A stretch of 64,000 nt of DNA, from the NCBI GenBank assembly GCA_965153285.1, contig OZ229111.1; one strand, given 5' to 3'. Source of the DNA: Podarcis tiliguerta. Taxonomy: Eukaryota. Below are positions 36,276 through 48,187 of this stretch, in pieces. How positions within the stretch are numbered: the stretch's first letter is position 1; every line of letters starts with the position of its first letter. The notes below the pieces were generated by a model that was not told where the DNA came from, ran no database searches, and saw only the letters and a list, made by a program, of their open reading frames with translations. The position numbers and the translations under genes are program-made.

Positions 36276-39200
36276 GGAGTAATTGAGGTTAGACATCTGC
36301 TTGTAAAGTTCAAATTACCATAGATTATTTTTGAGGATGAGGTTACTTTTCTTTCACCATGTTCTGAATGCATACCCTGACAGCTAGAAGTGACCTTAAT
36401 TTTACTTTCAGATTGAGGGAAAGTTTCTATTTTTTGAGGCTCTACATCATTATAAGGGAGCAAGACTTTTGAGAAGACTTTATCTGCTTTGGGGTAAGAG
36501 AAAACTCCACAGGAATCCTAGGTATCAAGTGACTGAAAGGAGAACATAGAGTTGGAAGGACATCCTTGGGTTTAGTGGTTTTTGTTTCCTCTCCAAATAT
36601 AGCCCTTATATGAGCCAGAGTGAGCCATTTGTCTGAGGTGGCACATCAGGAGGGGCAATTCAACTACACCCACACCCTGGCCTGTCATGTAGGGCATATT
36701 ATTTTAGGGAGTGAAGCTTAATTTTTGCAAATTTCTTCAGATAGGGGTCTATAAAGGCAGCAGTGGTGATGGCAGCTGTGGTATGCAGGTGAACATACCG
36801 CCTTTGAGGTTCTACATAGCAACATTATATATTTTTAATGTGCTGTATTCTGCTTTTTTATTAGAAGTAGAAGGCGTACTTTGTTCGTTAACTTCCATCA
36901 TTTCCATTTTGGGCATCAGCTATTTGCTCTTCATTTTCATCATCACAGAAGATTTATTTCATTTGATTAGAATCAAGCATCCTGCTTGCTTCTCTGCTTA
37001 TATTCAGCAAGCCTTCTTTTCTTATCTTCCTGCCACTTCCAAATCTGGCAAGCCGATCTGATGTCCTATCATTTTTAATGATTTTGATGTAATTTTGCAC
37101 ACATTTCCCCCCCTCAAAAAAATAATCAGACAAGTTTAAAATTATTAGAAATTCCACTAAAATGTTAAAACATCAATATTTTTAAGTACTTATTTACCAA
37201 GCAACATTAAATTGTATTAAATTAACCCAAACATATATTGGATTCTCAAGTTATCTTAAAACTTTTTAGCACCCCTCATTTTTGGAGTTGGAAAGTTGGA
37301 AAATTCAACATGCCCTGCCGCTTTAGGAGTGCCTTTGCTGCATCAACAGAGCACTTTGCAGGATCCTTCCTCAGAGTGAGGTAGGTGGACAAGGTGGCTC
37401 TGAAGAGCACCTGTGCTGCTGTCACTTTGCCACCCCTGGCAAAATTTGTGAATGGGCAAATTTAAAATTTTTTAGTTTAACAGTTTACCAATGTTTGACT
37501 TGAATCAAAATTTGACAGTACAGCAGCAAACCAGTATACAATTTCATGTGTTCTTTGGGGCCTGTCCACAGAGCCAAACTCTGCAAAGAACCTAAGTCGC
37601 AATGTAAGATTCTTCTTCAGAGTGAGGTGGAGGCCACACAACATTTCTCCCATCCCAGAGAAGGAACTGTGACAGCAGGGACACCTTCTGAATCAAAGTA
37701 AAACACACGTTCATTTAGTTATGCGCTGTTTGTGAAATTGCCTTGCTTAAGTATCTACTTTATGTTTGCAAGGGAGAAGGATGGGGGGGGGGCATAACTT
37801 TACCATGTACTTGTGACCTCACAGACCCTCCAAGTGTTCCTATTTCCCAGAGACCGTCCCAGATTTACAGAAGCCATCCCGGTTTCTGATTTTATCCCGG
37901 AATGTCCAGCTTTTCCTTAGGACGTCCCTATTTTCATCGTGGAAATGTTGGCGGGTATGACCATCTGATGTGACCCTACCAGCCTCATCAGCTCTAGCGA
38001 GCACCAGCTGCCTCCCTGCTATGATCGTAGAAGTCCAGCTGTGATTCTGATGCAGAATTGATTTTCAGGCATAGCTGCATACTACTATCTGTAGTATATT
38101 GGCCCTTCTGGTTTGCCATACCAAAACTGTGCTTTGTTTTGATCCTGTCTTTGAAGCTGCATTGTTTCTGCTTGAAAAAACTTGTTTTTAATTTTCTTGT
38201 TAGTTATACGCCTTCTTTGTGGCCTCTTAACGGAGCAGTTTACTGTTGTGATCTTTACTCTGCATATATTGTACTGAACATGTATTGCAGTGAAGACTGA
38301 ATAGTAAAGAAAAAGCAACATTTTACAAGCCATTTTGCTAAGGAAAAAGAGGGGAACTCCTGAAAGTCTTCATAATATGACTAGTTAGAAAAGGCTGTCT
38401 TTTAAAAAAATATTCTGTTAACAGCATTTCTGCTCTGGTTAGATAACTCTATCCTTCTACAAAATACATTTCTGCAAAACATGCCCTGCTATTAAAGGTA
38501 CTGTAGTTACTTACTGCAGTAAGTGGGGCAGTTTGAGTACTTTGTTTTTTTTCAACTGGAGCAAAATAGAATTACAGTCGGATATGGATATGGAAGCCAT
38601 ATCATTATTAGAATCAATTTAACCATAAATTCTTAGTTTGTTTCAACTGACAGTAATGAAGGGGTCTTTTTCTTTCACAGACTGTGAATTAAGCTCAGAC
38701 AGTTCTAATATATCATTTTCTGGTAGGAAATACAGAGCTGCAAGTGCTGCACTGGGTGACATTTCAAGAAGAAAACTGCATGAAAAATTAGTGTGGGATA
38801 CTAGATTAAAGAGAAGATTAGTATTTCTACTGTGAGAGCCTTCAGTATTTGCTTCTCAAATAATATGGCCTCCAGGATGAAAATAACTATATGCCAACTC
38901 CCTCAGTGCCATTGAGATTGTAAATAAGATATTTTTCCATTCAAAGCACATGTTTTAATAAGGCAATTTGAAACTGCTTTATAGGGCAGCTCTCCTACCA
39001 CATGAGAGAGAGAGAATGAGTGTATGTGTGTGTGTGTAGTATACATTAAGTGGATATGTGTGTGTCAAGGTTTATTTGCTTTAGATGAAAAATTTGTTTA
39101 ATATCTTACATGTTTTAAAGACACGTGCGAAAAAGTAAACCAACGTATTAATTAGGCCCACCTTGCTTCTTCCTCCCCACTCTCAGTGAAGAAAAGAGTA

Positions 39201-40177
39201 CGATTTGAAAACAGAGGCGCCGAATGTACTTTTGATACTCATGAAAAGTCCTTTAATAAAAACATAAACCAAAAAAAAAACCCCAGGGAATTGCACAGAG
39301 AGTTGGTTAAGGGTCTGTTTCTAAATTATAGCTTGCATTTCTTGCAGGAAAATCATGAAACCAAAAAAAAAGAAAGATTGATTTTTGGCAGTGGTGTTTT
39401 CTTGAGCCATCTTAATTGTAAAAGGTGCACATGTAACATTGGTGAGAGGATCAGAACATGCTCATGACTATAGTTTTCCCAAAGACTAGGCAACAAAGCT
39501 GAGGATGTGCATAGTGAGTGGCTGGGTAGGGGGACATAGCAAGTGCCCAAAGCAGTTGCTTCTGTCAGGGGCATAGCATGTTCAGTGCTGCCCGGCGCAT
39601 TAAGTTAAATGAAAAGTGATGAACATTTGGGCATAAAATATAAACTGATTGGGTCTGAGCTGGTTTGACTGACCGGGAAAGAGATCTTGGGACGTGGTGA
39701 ATAACATTATGAAAAAGTTGACCTATTTGTGGCAGCTGTAAAAAAAAAAAAGGGGGGGGGAGGCAGCAACATCCATGTTAGGGATTATTAGAAAAAGGGA
39801 TTAAAAATAAAACAGCCAATATCATGAAGTATTTATTTAAAAAATCTATGGCATGACTATACTTTGTGTACTTACTGTTTTGGTTGCTGTATTTCAAAAG
39901 GATATTGTAGAACCAGGAAAAGTGCCGAAAATGGCAGCATAGATGCTTAGAGAGCTGGAGCAACTGTTACAAGGAAAGGTTCCAACATTTATTTCTGGGT
40001 TTTTTTAATTTAGAAAAATTGGCAAGTTAAGGGGATCAGGAACAAAATAGAAGCGTATACAATTATGCATGTAGTTTCCTCCTCACAGGGCTACATTTTC
40101 CCATCACTCTTAACTACAGTTCCCAGAATTCTTTGAAGGTGGTCATGTGCTTTAAATACATGGTCTGCATCAGCCCT
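36276..40177 (+). repeat. 3,902-bp duplicated segment, copy 2
   Basis: Starts at the first base after the gap; matches 31492-35393. Confidence 0.95.
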
Positions 40178-41329
40178 TAGGTGGCTTTTTTTTTAAGGGT
40201 AGGGCTTTAAAAGAGGATTAAGTAAATGCATGGAGGATTAGACTGGGGAGCAAATGTGAGGCAGTGCCATGGCCCTCGTGACCTTACGGTGGGCTCCTGT
40301 TTGACCATTGTGGGAAGCAGCATACTGGACCAGATAGGCCTTTGGTCTGATCCAATTGGACTCTTCTTCTGTTCTTATATTCCTCTACTGTTTGTTTCCT
40401 CCTTGTTTAGAGTTTAAGCAGGCGATAACCAGAGAGGTGGCCTTTTCAGCCATAGTGCCTCACCTATGAAATTTGCTCCTCAGAGCAGCTTGCCTGTTGC
40501 CAACTTTATTTTCTTTTAGACACCAAGTAGTACCCTTTTGTCTCCTATGTGTGTGTTATTCTTTTTAAACCTTTTAGGCATTTTGAAATGTTGCTGATTG
40601 TTCTGTTTTTGTCTGCTGGGTTTTCAAAATTATGGTATAGGTTTTGATACTTTAATAGTGCATATTTCCATGGAACCAATTTAACTGAAGCGGTGTATAT
40701 ACCGTATATGCTTAAGAATTTGAGACCAAGTCTCAAACTGCATGCTCAAAAACAAGAAGGGTTCTGAAGATCACTCCTCATTATTTAAAATATTGATTTC
40801 ATGTTGCAGTTAATTTTCCAAAGTTCCTTAATTAGTGAGTGTATATAAGGATCGAGGATAATGTGCCCTTGAGCTCCCTGTGCTACTTTATTTGTGAGAT
40901 TATGATACACATCTCAACGTCTTTTAATAACTATCTTGCAGTATTTAATGTGTACTAATTACCTGTGAAACATATAATGCCATAAAGACTAATTTAAAAT
41001 CTCTTGCTAATTTATTGCTCGTCTTGTCACCAGAAGATAGGGAGCCGGGGGTGATATCAAATACCAAATTCCCCCTCATAGCTGCTGTTCATAGTGTGCT
41101 AGGGTCAGTTTCGGGAGTTACAAAAAAGCACTGTAGGAGCCAACAAATAACTTATAGGCCAGAGATTCACCAGCATTGTCTTGCTGACTTGTACGAATAC
41201 AGTAATTACTGAGCTGACATTTACTCGCATCTCTTGGAACCTCCTGGCCTATCAGAGCACAAATTTTGTTCATCTTGACATATATATTTTTTTTTTTTTT
41301 TTGTTTCTCCTTTTTCTTCATTTCTCCAG

Positions 41330-41481
41330 CCTGAAGAACTCACCAATGCACTGGAAATCAGCAATATTGTCTTCACTAGTCTCTTTGCCCTAGAAATGCT
41401 TCTGAAACTGCTCGTATACGGCCCTTTTGGCTACATCAAAAATCCATACAATATATTTGATGGGATCATCGTAGTGATCAG
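41330..41481 (+). CDS. CACNA1G: Cav3.1 exon ~10: domain II S2-S3 ([50 protein letters not shown])
   Basis: Long poly-T tract then ctccag|cct; donor ag|gtaact; 152 nt, phase 0 to 2. Translated by hand; this frame is absent from the ORF track. Confidence 0.96.
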
Positions 41482-42769
41482 GTAACTGGCCTGGAGTTGT
41501 CATTTTATGTGAGCAGGTAAAGTTTAAAATAAAGCTGCAGGAAAATAGTAAGGAATGTCTGAAATGTTTATGGGGGTCTCGGTTCTTTTGCTCTCTATTA
41601 GAATATGTGCTCCAGAACTGCTGTGAAAACTTCCTAAAAACCAGCGCTGTCTCCCGTCTCTCGTGATTATGTGCAACAGCACCATTTTGATAACTTCTTC
41701 AGGGGAATTTCCTGCATAGGGGAACCACTGAACAGCAGCTACTTAAATGCTATTTTCCTTCCTTGTGGCAGCCACACACTGGGAATGGCAGCCAAGAATG
41801 TACCTGTTTCCTTTAGCACATATTATCTTTAAAAAGTGCATGACCAAAAAAAAGATATTTCTATCTGCAGAACTTTCCAGTTGAAGAGATCGTTCAATAT
41901 TTAACACTCATCCGTTAAGTAAAGTATCCTCAAAGTGGGCTTATACCTATCTGGCTGCTTGTTCAGTTTTCAGGCACATGCAAAATATGTTAGGAGTGTA
42001 TGCTGGCATAATTCTTTTTAATTCAAATGCAAGTTCTGGCTAGAAATTTAAAATTTTCAGAAATCCTAAGGTCTTGGGGGGAAAGCTGAAATATATGCAG
42101 TACTCAGTAACTTTGTCCACCTTAAACATTAACAGTTTAAGAAAATGAAAAGTGTTGGGTATATAACTTTATTAGCTGTTAACACACCAAACAGGAGCAT
42201 TTGGTGTATTTATGAAATCTTTTTTCCCCAAATCATAATTGCATATGTACCCAGTCTCAAAACGTGTATCAACGTTATAGTAAACAGAATGAGATTGTTT
42301 GCATCTGGAAGCAGTATACATACAGAAGAATATACTACAGAAAGAGAAGAAATTGATTTTTCCAGAGAGAAAGCTCAGAACAGCACAATTCTTGTGATGT
42401 AATTAAATTTCACAGATAGCTTTGCAATAGGAAAATATGAGGTCCCTTCCCCCTTTCCCAGTTTATAACAACATTTTCAGTGGGTGATAATACTGAGTCA
42501 TTAAAAAAAACAAACCCAGGAAAATGTATGTTTCTCCATTTGCCCCTGGGCCTCCATATTTCTGCAGCAGATACTTGTAGGTCTGTATTATCTGAAGTTC
42601 TTGTCTCATGTAGTACGCAGCATCCTGTGAGCATCCCTGTTTCACACCACTGAGCTCTACTAGCTAGTTTGTACTATAGGCCTTCCCCACTTTTGCTATA
42701 TGCACTCTATGCATGGATGTACTTCTTCCTCACAAGAACCCATTTAACATTATTCTTTTATCTTCTTAG

Positions 42770-42955
42770 TGTCTGGGAGATAGTGGGACAGCAGGGTGGA
42801 GGCTTGTCTGTTCTACGGACCTTTCGCCTTATGAGAGTCCTGAAACTGGTCCGTTTCATGCCTGCTCTCCAGCGCCAGCTGGTGGTGCTCATGAAAACAA
42901 TGGACAATGTCGCCACATTCTGCATGTTGCTGATGCTTTTCATATTTATCTTCAG
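42770..42955 (+). CDS. CACNA1G: Cav3.1 exon ~11: domain II S4 voltage sensor and S5 ([62 protein letters not shown])
   Basis: tcttag|t and ag|gtgggt; 186 nt, phase 2 to 2; RxxRxxRxxKxxR S4 motif. Confidence 0.96.
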
Positions 42956-43540
42956 GTGGGTACTTAAATGAGCCCCTTCATTCGCTTTTGAAGCCTGTTG
43001 TGTCTGTGCTTTGAGGTGGAATCGGCCAATATTAATTTATGTGCCATGGCAAAACAGTACAAGTTGCTAAGATGGAAAGTGATTTAATGTACAGTGCTAC
43101 AACTCTGCATCTTTTGAAAATGGTAGTTATTTCTTTCCCCCACCTGAGTGGTGTAGTATGCTTCTACTTCTGATGGCTTTAACCCTGAAACTCCCCAGGC
43201 TGAGCAACACTTTGGTTTTTAGTTTGTGAACCCTCAAGAGTCCAACGGTCTTCATAATGTGAGAGTCTTCAAACTTTTTCATTCCAACAAATGAAGCCTT
43301 ATCATATATGAGCCTTCAACTGCTAGTCACCACAGGGCATGGTGTCAGAGCTCAGAGAAAGTAGCTTACTAAAAGCTGAATTCCCATTTCTTTTCTTTTT
43401 TTTCTTTGTCCTTCCATGAGTGGCGGGGTGCAGGAGTAAGGAACTTCACTCCAAACATTATTTGCTAAGATGGAGGAGTCTCTTTTCCAATACAATCTTG
43501 TTCTTGTTCTTTAATTTACTCATTTCCCCCTTTCATTCAG

Positions 43541-43655
43541 TATTCTTGGGATGCATCTCTTTGGCTGTAAATTTGCTTCGGAGAGAGATGGAGACACTCT
43601 TCCCGACAGGAAGAACTTTGATTCCTTGCTCTGGGCCATCGTTACTGTTTTCCAG
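43541..43655 (+). CDS. CACNA1G: Cav3.1 exon ~12: domain II S5-pore ([39 protein letters not shown])
   Basis: attcag|t and cag|gtaatg; 115 nt, phase 2 to 0. Confidence 0.96.
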
Positions 43656-43846
43656 GTAATGCAACCATTACGGCTAACATTTATTTATTTCACAGTGTTT
43701 ATATATTGGTTGATGGTAATCAAATCTCAAAGAGATTTAAAAAAATAATTCAAATTGGTTTACAGAAAGAATAAGCAAGCACCTATCCCTTGAAGAGATA
43801 ACAGCTTGAGATTCTCCAAAATGTCATACTGAATGCTAAGAGAGAG

Positions 43847-43989
43847 CACGTGCTATTTTTTTCTTGAAAAAGAGGTGCCGGAACTCACCATGAACGCCTC
43901 CCTCATTCTCTTATAATGTCAATGGTGCCCACCTGAGAGGCTAAAATGGCAATGGCACCCACTGAGTTCCAGCTGGGGAAAAAGCCCTG
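43847..43989. mobile_element. hAT-like MITE (family B)
   Basis: Clearly homologous to 45815-45950; ends in aaaagccctg. Confidence 0.7.
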
Positions 43990-44303
43990 GAGAGATCTAT
44001 AAGCATTTTGGGAGTAGGAGTGGGGAATGCCTGCTCATAAAATACAGAACCTACTTAAGTTTTGGTTTTCCGGATGCAATTTTTAGAATCCAGTGTCTTT
44101 GCAGGATTTGTTTTTGTTGTCTGAAATGCTGATGTGAATGACAAGCTTTAAAATGGCAAAGAATTGAAACAATTATTTATTCAAAGAACAAAATATGCTT
44201 TTTCACTTCAACTGAGCAGGACAAACTAACTTTAAGAGAGTGCAAATGATCTGTGCTTCTATCTCCCTTAACGTGCCCTCCCCTCCCCCCTCCCCCAATC
44301 CAG

Positions 44304-44459
44304 ATACTGACTCAGGAAGACTGGAATAAAGTCCTGTACAACGGCATGGCTTCTACCTCTTCCTGGGCTGCCCTCTACTTCATTGCCCTCATGACATTCG
44401 GAAACTACGTTCTCTTTAACTTGTTGGTTGCCATCTTGGTGGAAGGTTTTCAAACAGAG
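44304..44459 (+). CDS. CACNA1G: Cav3.1 exon ~13: domain II pore loop and S6 ([52 protein letters not shown])
   Basis: atccag|ata and gag|gtaacg; 156 nt, phase 0 to 0; selectivity-filter motif TQEDW. Confidence 0.96.
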
Positions 44460-45814
44460 GTAACGCCTTGAATAACTTACTTATCTCATGCTTGCTATTA
44501 GGTAGTACGGAGGATTTAGAACCCCCATTATCATATGAGTAGATCTGGCAAACAGAACAAAAGGGAACATGTAGCACTAACATTGCCTTCCTTAACAAAT
44601 ACTTCAGTACAGTATAAACCAAACTCTTTAGCTTCTATCAAAGGCTAAACTGAAAATAGCCACCATTATTATAGATGCAGAATTTATGCAATAACTACTG
44701 GATGGAATGAGTGCAATGCCAGTGCCTTTGAAACAGGCTTTGTTGCATTTAGGAGCCAAATTAAAAGCAACCTCATAAAAGCATGGACAAAGTTGGAAGA
44801 GGAGTGACATTGCTGCCTTTCTTGCTGTTGTTCCTTAGTGAATGTCTTTCTTCCTCCTTAAGTGCAACACTTTGGCATATATATTTTCAGTTCCAATTCC
44901 CCACCCCTCCCCACCCCACCCCCATCTCTATGGACTGATTTGCTAGAAGCTGCATCTTTTGCTAACTAAACTTCCTCTCTGCCACCATCTGCAGACAGCT
45001 GGAAAGCAAATCTTTGAACAGAGTTTGGCCTCCATGTTTTATTGGCAGGTAGCTGAGTCCTCTTAAAACTAGCCCCCAAACAGTTCTCCCTGCAGCTGGG
45101 GATGGTGAACAAAAATCTAGTCTCGGAGCAGTAAACTGTCATAGTGAAGGTCGAAAGGCAACATTATTCTGCATGACTTCCCAAGCATGCCTTTGATTTT
45201 GGGCTTTGTTCAGCAGCGTCTAGTGGTAGCATGGGTTCTAAATTAAAGTCTTGTTGATAATATAGGTGTGATAGGAGAATAACAACCATTGAGGTCTGTC
45301 ACCTTTTTTGCCATCATATTCATTCACACTATAAAAACCCATTTAGAAACGCTGCTATGCTTTTTATTTATTTCTTTCAAGTGCAGTTTAAGGAGAAGAT
45401 TTATGGGGGCCTCTTAGGGCAATGCAGCTAGAGTAGCTGTTTATTTGTTTTTAATCATATCTTTCCCAAGTGCTTTTATTTCATTTATGTCGTTTCTGCT
45501 TGGTATCATACCCATGTCTCCATGTAATAGTATTTTTTTCGTCTTTGATAACCTAGGAAGGGGTCATTGCGCCAATCCTTTCTTTCTCAAGGAGTGGGAA
45601 ATGTATCACACTTCAGGCAGTAAATGCACAACCACCTCCTGGCTCTTGCCCAAATGGTTCCAGGATTCCTTACTCTTGATTGTGTTGGTCCTAGTCTACC
45701 TGCCTAGACTGGTCAAGTCTACCTGCCTAGAATGTCTCTTACTGATAGTTTTTGGTTTGGTTTGGTTTGGTATGAATTGGTTTGGTATGAATGGCCTGAA
45801 ATTAATATGGTGCC

Positions 45815-45950
45815 CAGTGCTATTTTCTAGAGAAAGGGATGCCAGAACTCACCACGAATACCTCCTTTGTTCTCTTCTAATGGCAACGGCACCCACCTGA
45901 GAGGCGCCAAAACTGAGTTCCGGTGAATTACAGCTGGACAAAAAGCCCTG
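45815..45950. mobile_element. hAT-like MITE (family B)
   Basis: TIRs cagtgctattt / aaaagccctg; 8-bp TSD atggtgcc / atggtacc. Confidence 0.8.
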
Positions 45951-45975
45951 ATGGTACCCTTATGTCTAAAGGACA

Positions 45976-46074
45976 CATGAGTGTAGCTCAGGGGCAACTG
46001 CCCCCCTAAATCAGTCAAAATCAAAACAAATCTGAGGTCGTCCCCCCCCCATAAAAATACTGGCTACACTCATG
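45976..46074. mobile_element. 99-bp hAT-like MITE (family C)
   Basis: Perfect 12-bp TIRs catgagtgtagc / gctacactcatg; 8-bp TSD aaaggaca / aaagggca. Confidence 0.8.
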
Positions 46075-48118
46075 AAAGGGCATGTATAGAACACCAACAG
46101 GTTTGCTATTTCTTTGTGGTCGGAATGTCCTCTGAAGTGAGTCAGCAAAACTCTATGAATTCCTACACAGTTTACACAGATTTAGGATGTGTCCTTCTTT
46201 CTTAATTTTTGTTCTATTTAAAAACAAATCAAACAGCCTTCGAGTTTCATTCGGGCTTTTCCTTCCTTACAACGTGCTTTGCATACAAGTAACCCTCTTT
46301 CAAATAAAGTAGCAAGGTTTATTGCTGTCTTGTCACGTGAATCTTTTTTTTAAAAAAACAACCTCAAATACTTCTTGCTCCTTTAAGTGCCCCGACCCAC
46401 CCACTTATTTGAGATTTCTCTCTGAAAACTTCTCTCGATGTTGCGGTTGGTTTTATCTTTGTGATCCTCAAGTGCCTTTCTTCAACTCTGGAAACACTTT
46501 GTTAATTTTAGTGCCTGACTGTGCAGGACCCTTTCGTTGCTAAGCAGCAGGCAAACATACAAAGGAATGGGGCTGCTCTAAAACACACACACACACAAAC
46601 ACACTCTTTAAAACATAAGCCTTGCTGGTGCCTCATTCAAGATGCACACATAACACGTTCCCTGCAGCATGCAAGTGGCTTATTTATTTATTTATGCTCA
46701 GTCTGAATTTTGTGTCTGAATTTGCAGCAGTTGTAAGTTGTGCAATAAGAGGAGTGCGACTCTGTTTGACAGAGCTGGTAATGCAAAAATTACTGACTGA
46801 GCTGTCAGGTCTGAACCCTGGGGGATATATCGGGGGGGGGGGGACATTGGCTTCTGGTGAGAGAGCTTTCTGTCGGAGATAAAGCTTCTCTCCTGAGGGA
46901 CTTCATGATAATATTATCTATGAAGCATATTATTCCATTGGTAATCTTTTCATGTTACCTACAGTTTCTGCGCTTGTCTCAGGCAATCCTTAGTGGCTGG
47001 CTCATCTCATATCCCTCTTTTGTGTCAGTTATTCTTCGAACTTGTACCCTACCACAAAACAACCTATGAGCAAGGGAATGGTAGCTGTGTGTAAATAATT
47101 AAGATTCATAATAGTAGTCACACTATGCCTAAACTATGCGTGGGAACAGAGCCTAAGAAAGGAGGAGGGAAATTATGAGCTATTTTACAATCATCTCTTG
47201 GTAGCGCCTTTGGAATGGGTTGGCCATGCCTTATACTTAAAACACACTTCTATCACAAAATTGTCCTTTAAAAAAAAACAACCCACATTTTAGCATTTTC
47301 TGGCTTATCCTTGTGCTTTCCTTTCTGCAAGTGAGTTTGATAATAGTTTAAATTGAGCAGCTGATATATATATATATTTTACTATTCTGCTTAGGTCCAA
47401 ATTTTTGACCAGTCATCCTTTCAATTGGTTCTAATTTACTGACATCATTACCCTGGAAATTAACCGTACTGTCACCAAATATGGCAGGCAAGAAAAAATT
47501 AAATCCTTAGCTAACAAATTGAAACTTGCATGAAAACCTTGCCTTTTTGTACAACAAAGTCAGACTGATTATGTCCAACATATTTTCTCCCCCTTGAACA
47601 GCAGACACATACCCCTTTCTATATCAAAACCTTAAAGGTGGTTTACTATGTGGCACTGGGGAGTGGAGGTGGGGGCTTCTGCTTGAGAAACACACTTGAT
47701 CTTATGAAACAGATATAAAAATGCATTACTGTTAATACTGTGCTATATACAAACAAGCAATAAATGAAAGAAGAATTCTTTGGAACTCTTAATTTGAAGG
47801 TAAGGCTGATTTCCCCCCTCCCTGAAGGATGTTCAACAGCTTGAACTATCCTTTGTACAGAGCAGATATGAAGGCATCAGACGACTCAGGTGTAGTCTGA
47901 CCTGTTCCACTGCTTCTCCTTGATACGAAATTGACCCCAATGGGTGCCTTCCCTTTTCTCTCACTTTTCCCTTTTTGTTTCCATCCTTTTTATACCGATA
48001 TCGTTCCCCCTTTGATCCACTCTCTCAATTTTGATGTTGAAATTTGTAAAACCTGTAAACCCGCCTTCCCTTCCTTCCCTGCCCCTTTCCTCACCCTCCT
48101 TCCTCATTTTTACTTCAG

Positions 48119-48187
48119 GAAATCACCAAACGGGAAGCAGCGAGTAGGCAGTTAAGCTGTATTCAGCTGCCTGTCGACTCGTCAGTG
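48119..48187 (+). CDS. CACNA1G: Cav3.1 alternative cassette exon 14, 23 aa in the II-III loop ([23 protein letters not shown])
   Basis: cttcag|gaa and gtg|gtatgt; 69 nt, symmetric phase 0. Resembles recalled human e14 [23 protein letters not shown]. Not in the ORF track. Confidence 0.9.

Noticed and set aside
45693-45731. 16-bp direct repeat agtctacctgcctaga separated by 7 bp
   Set aside because: Only two units; an ordinary local duplication, not an array.
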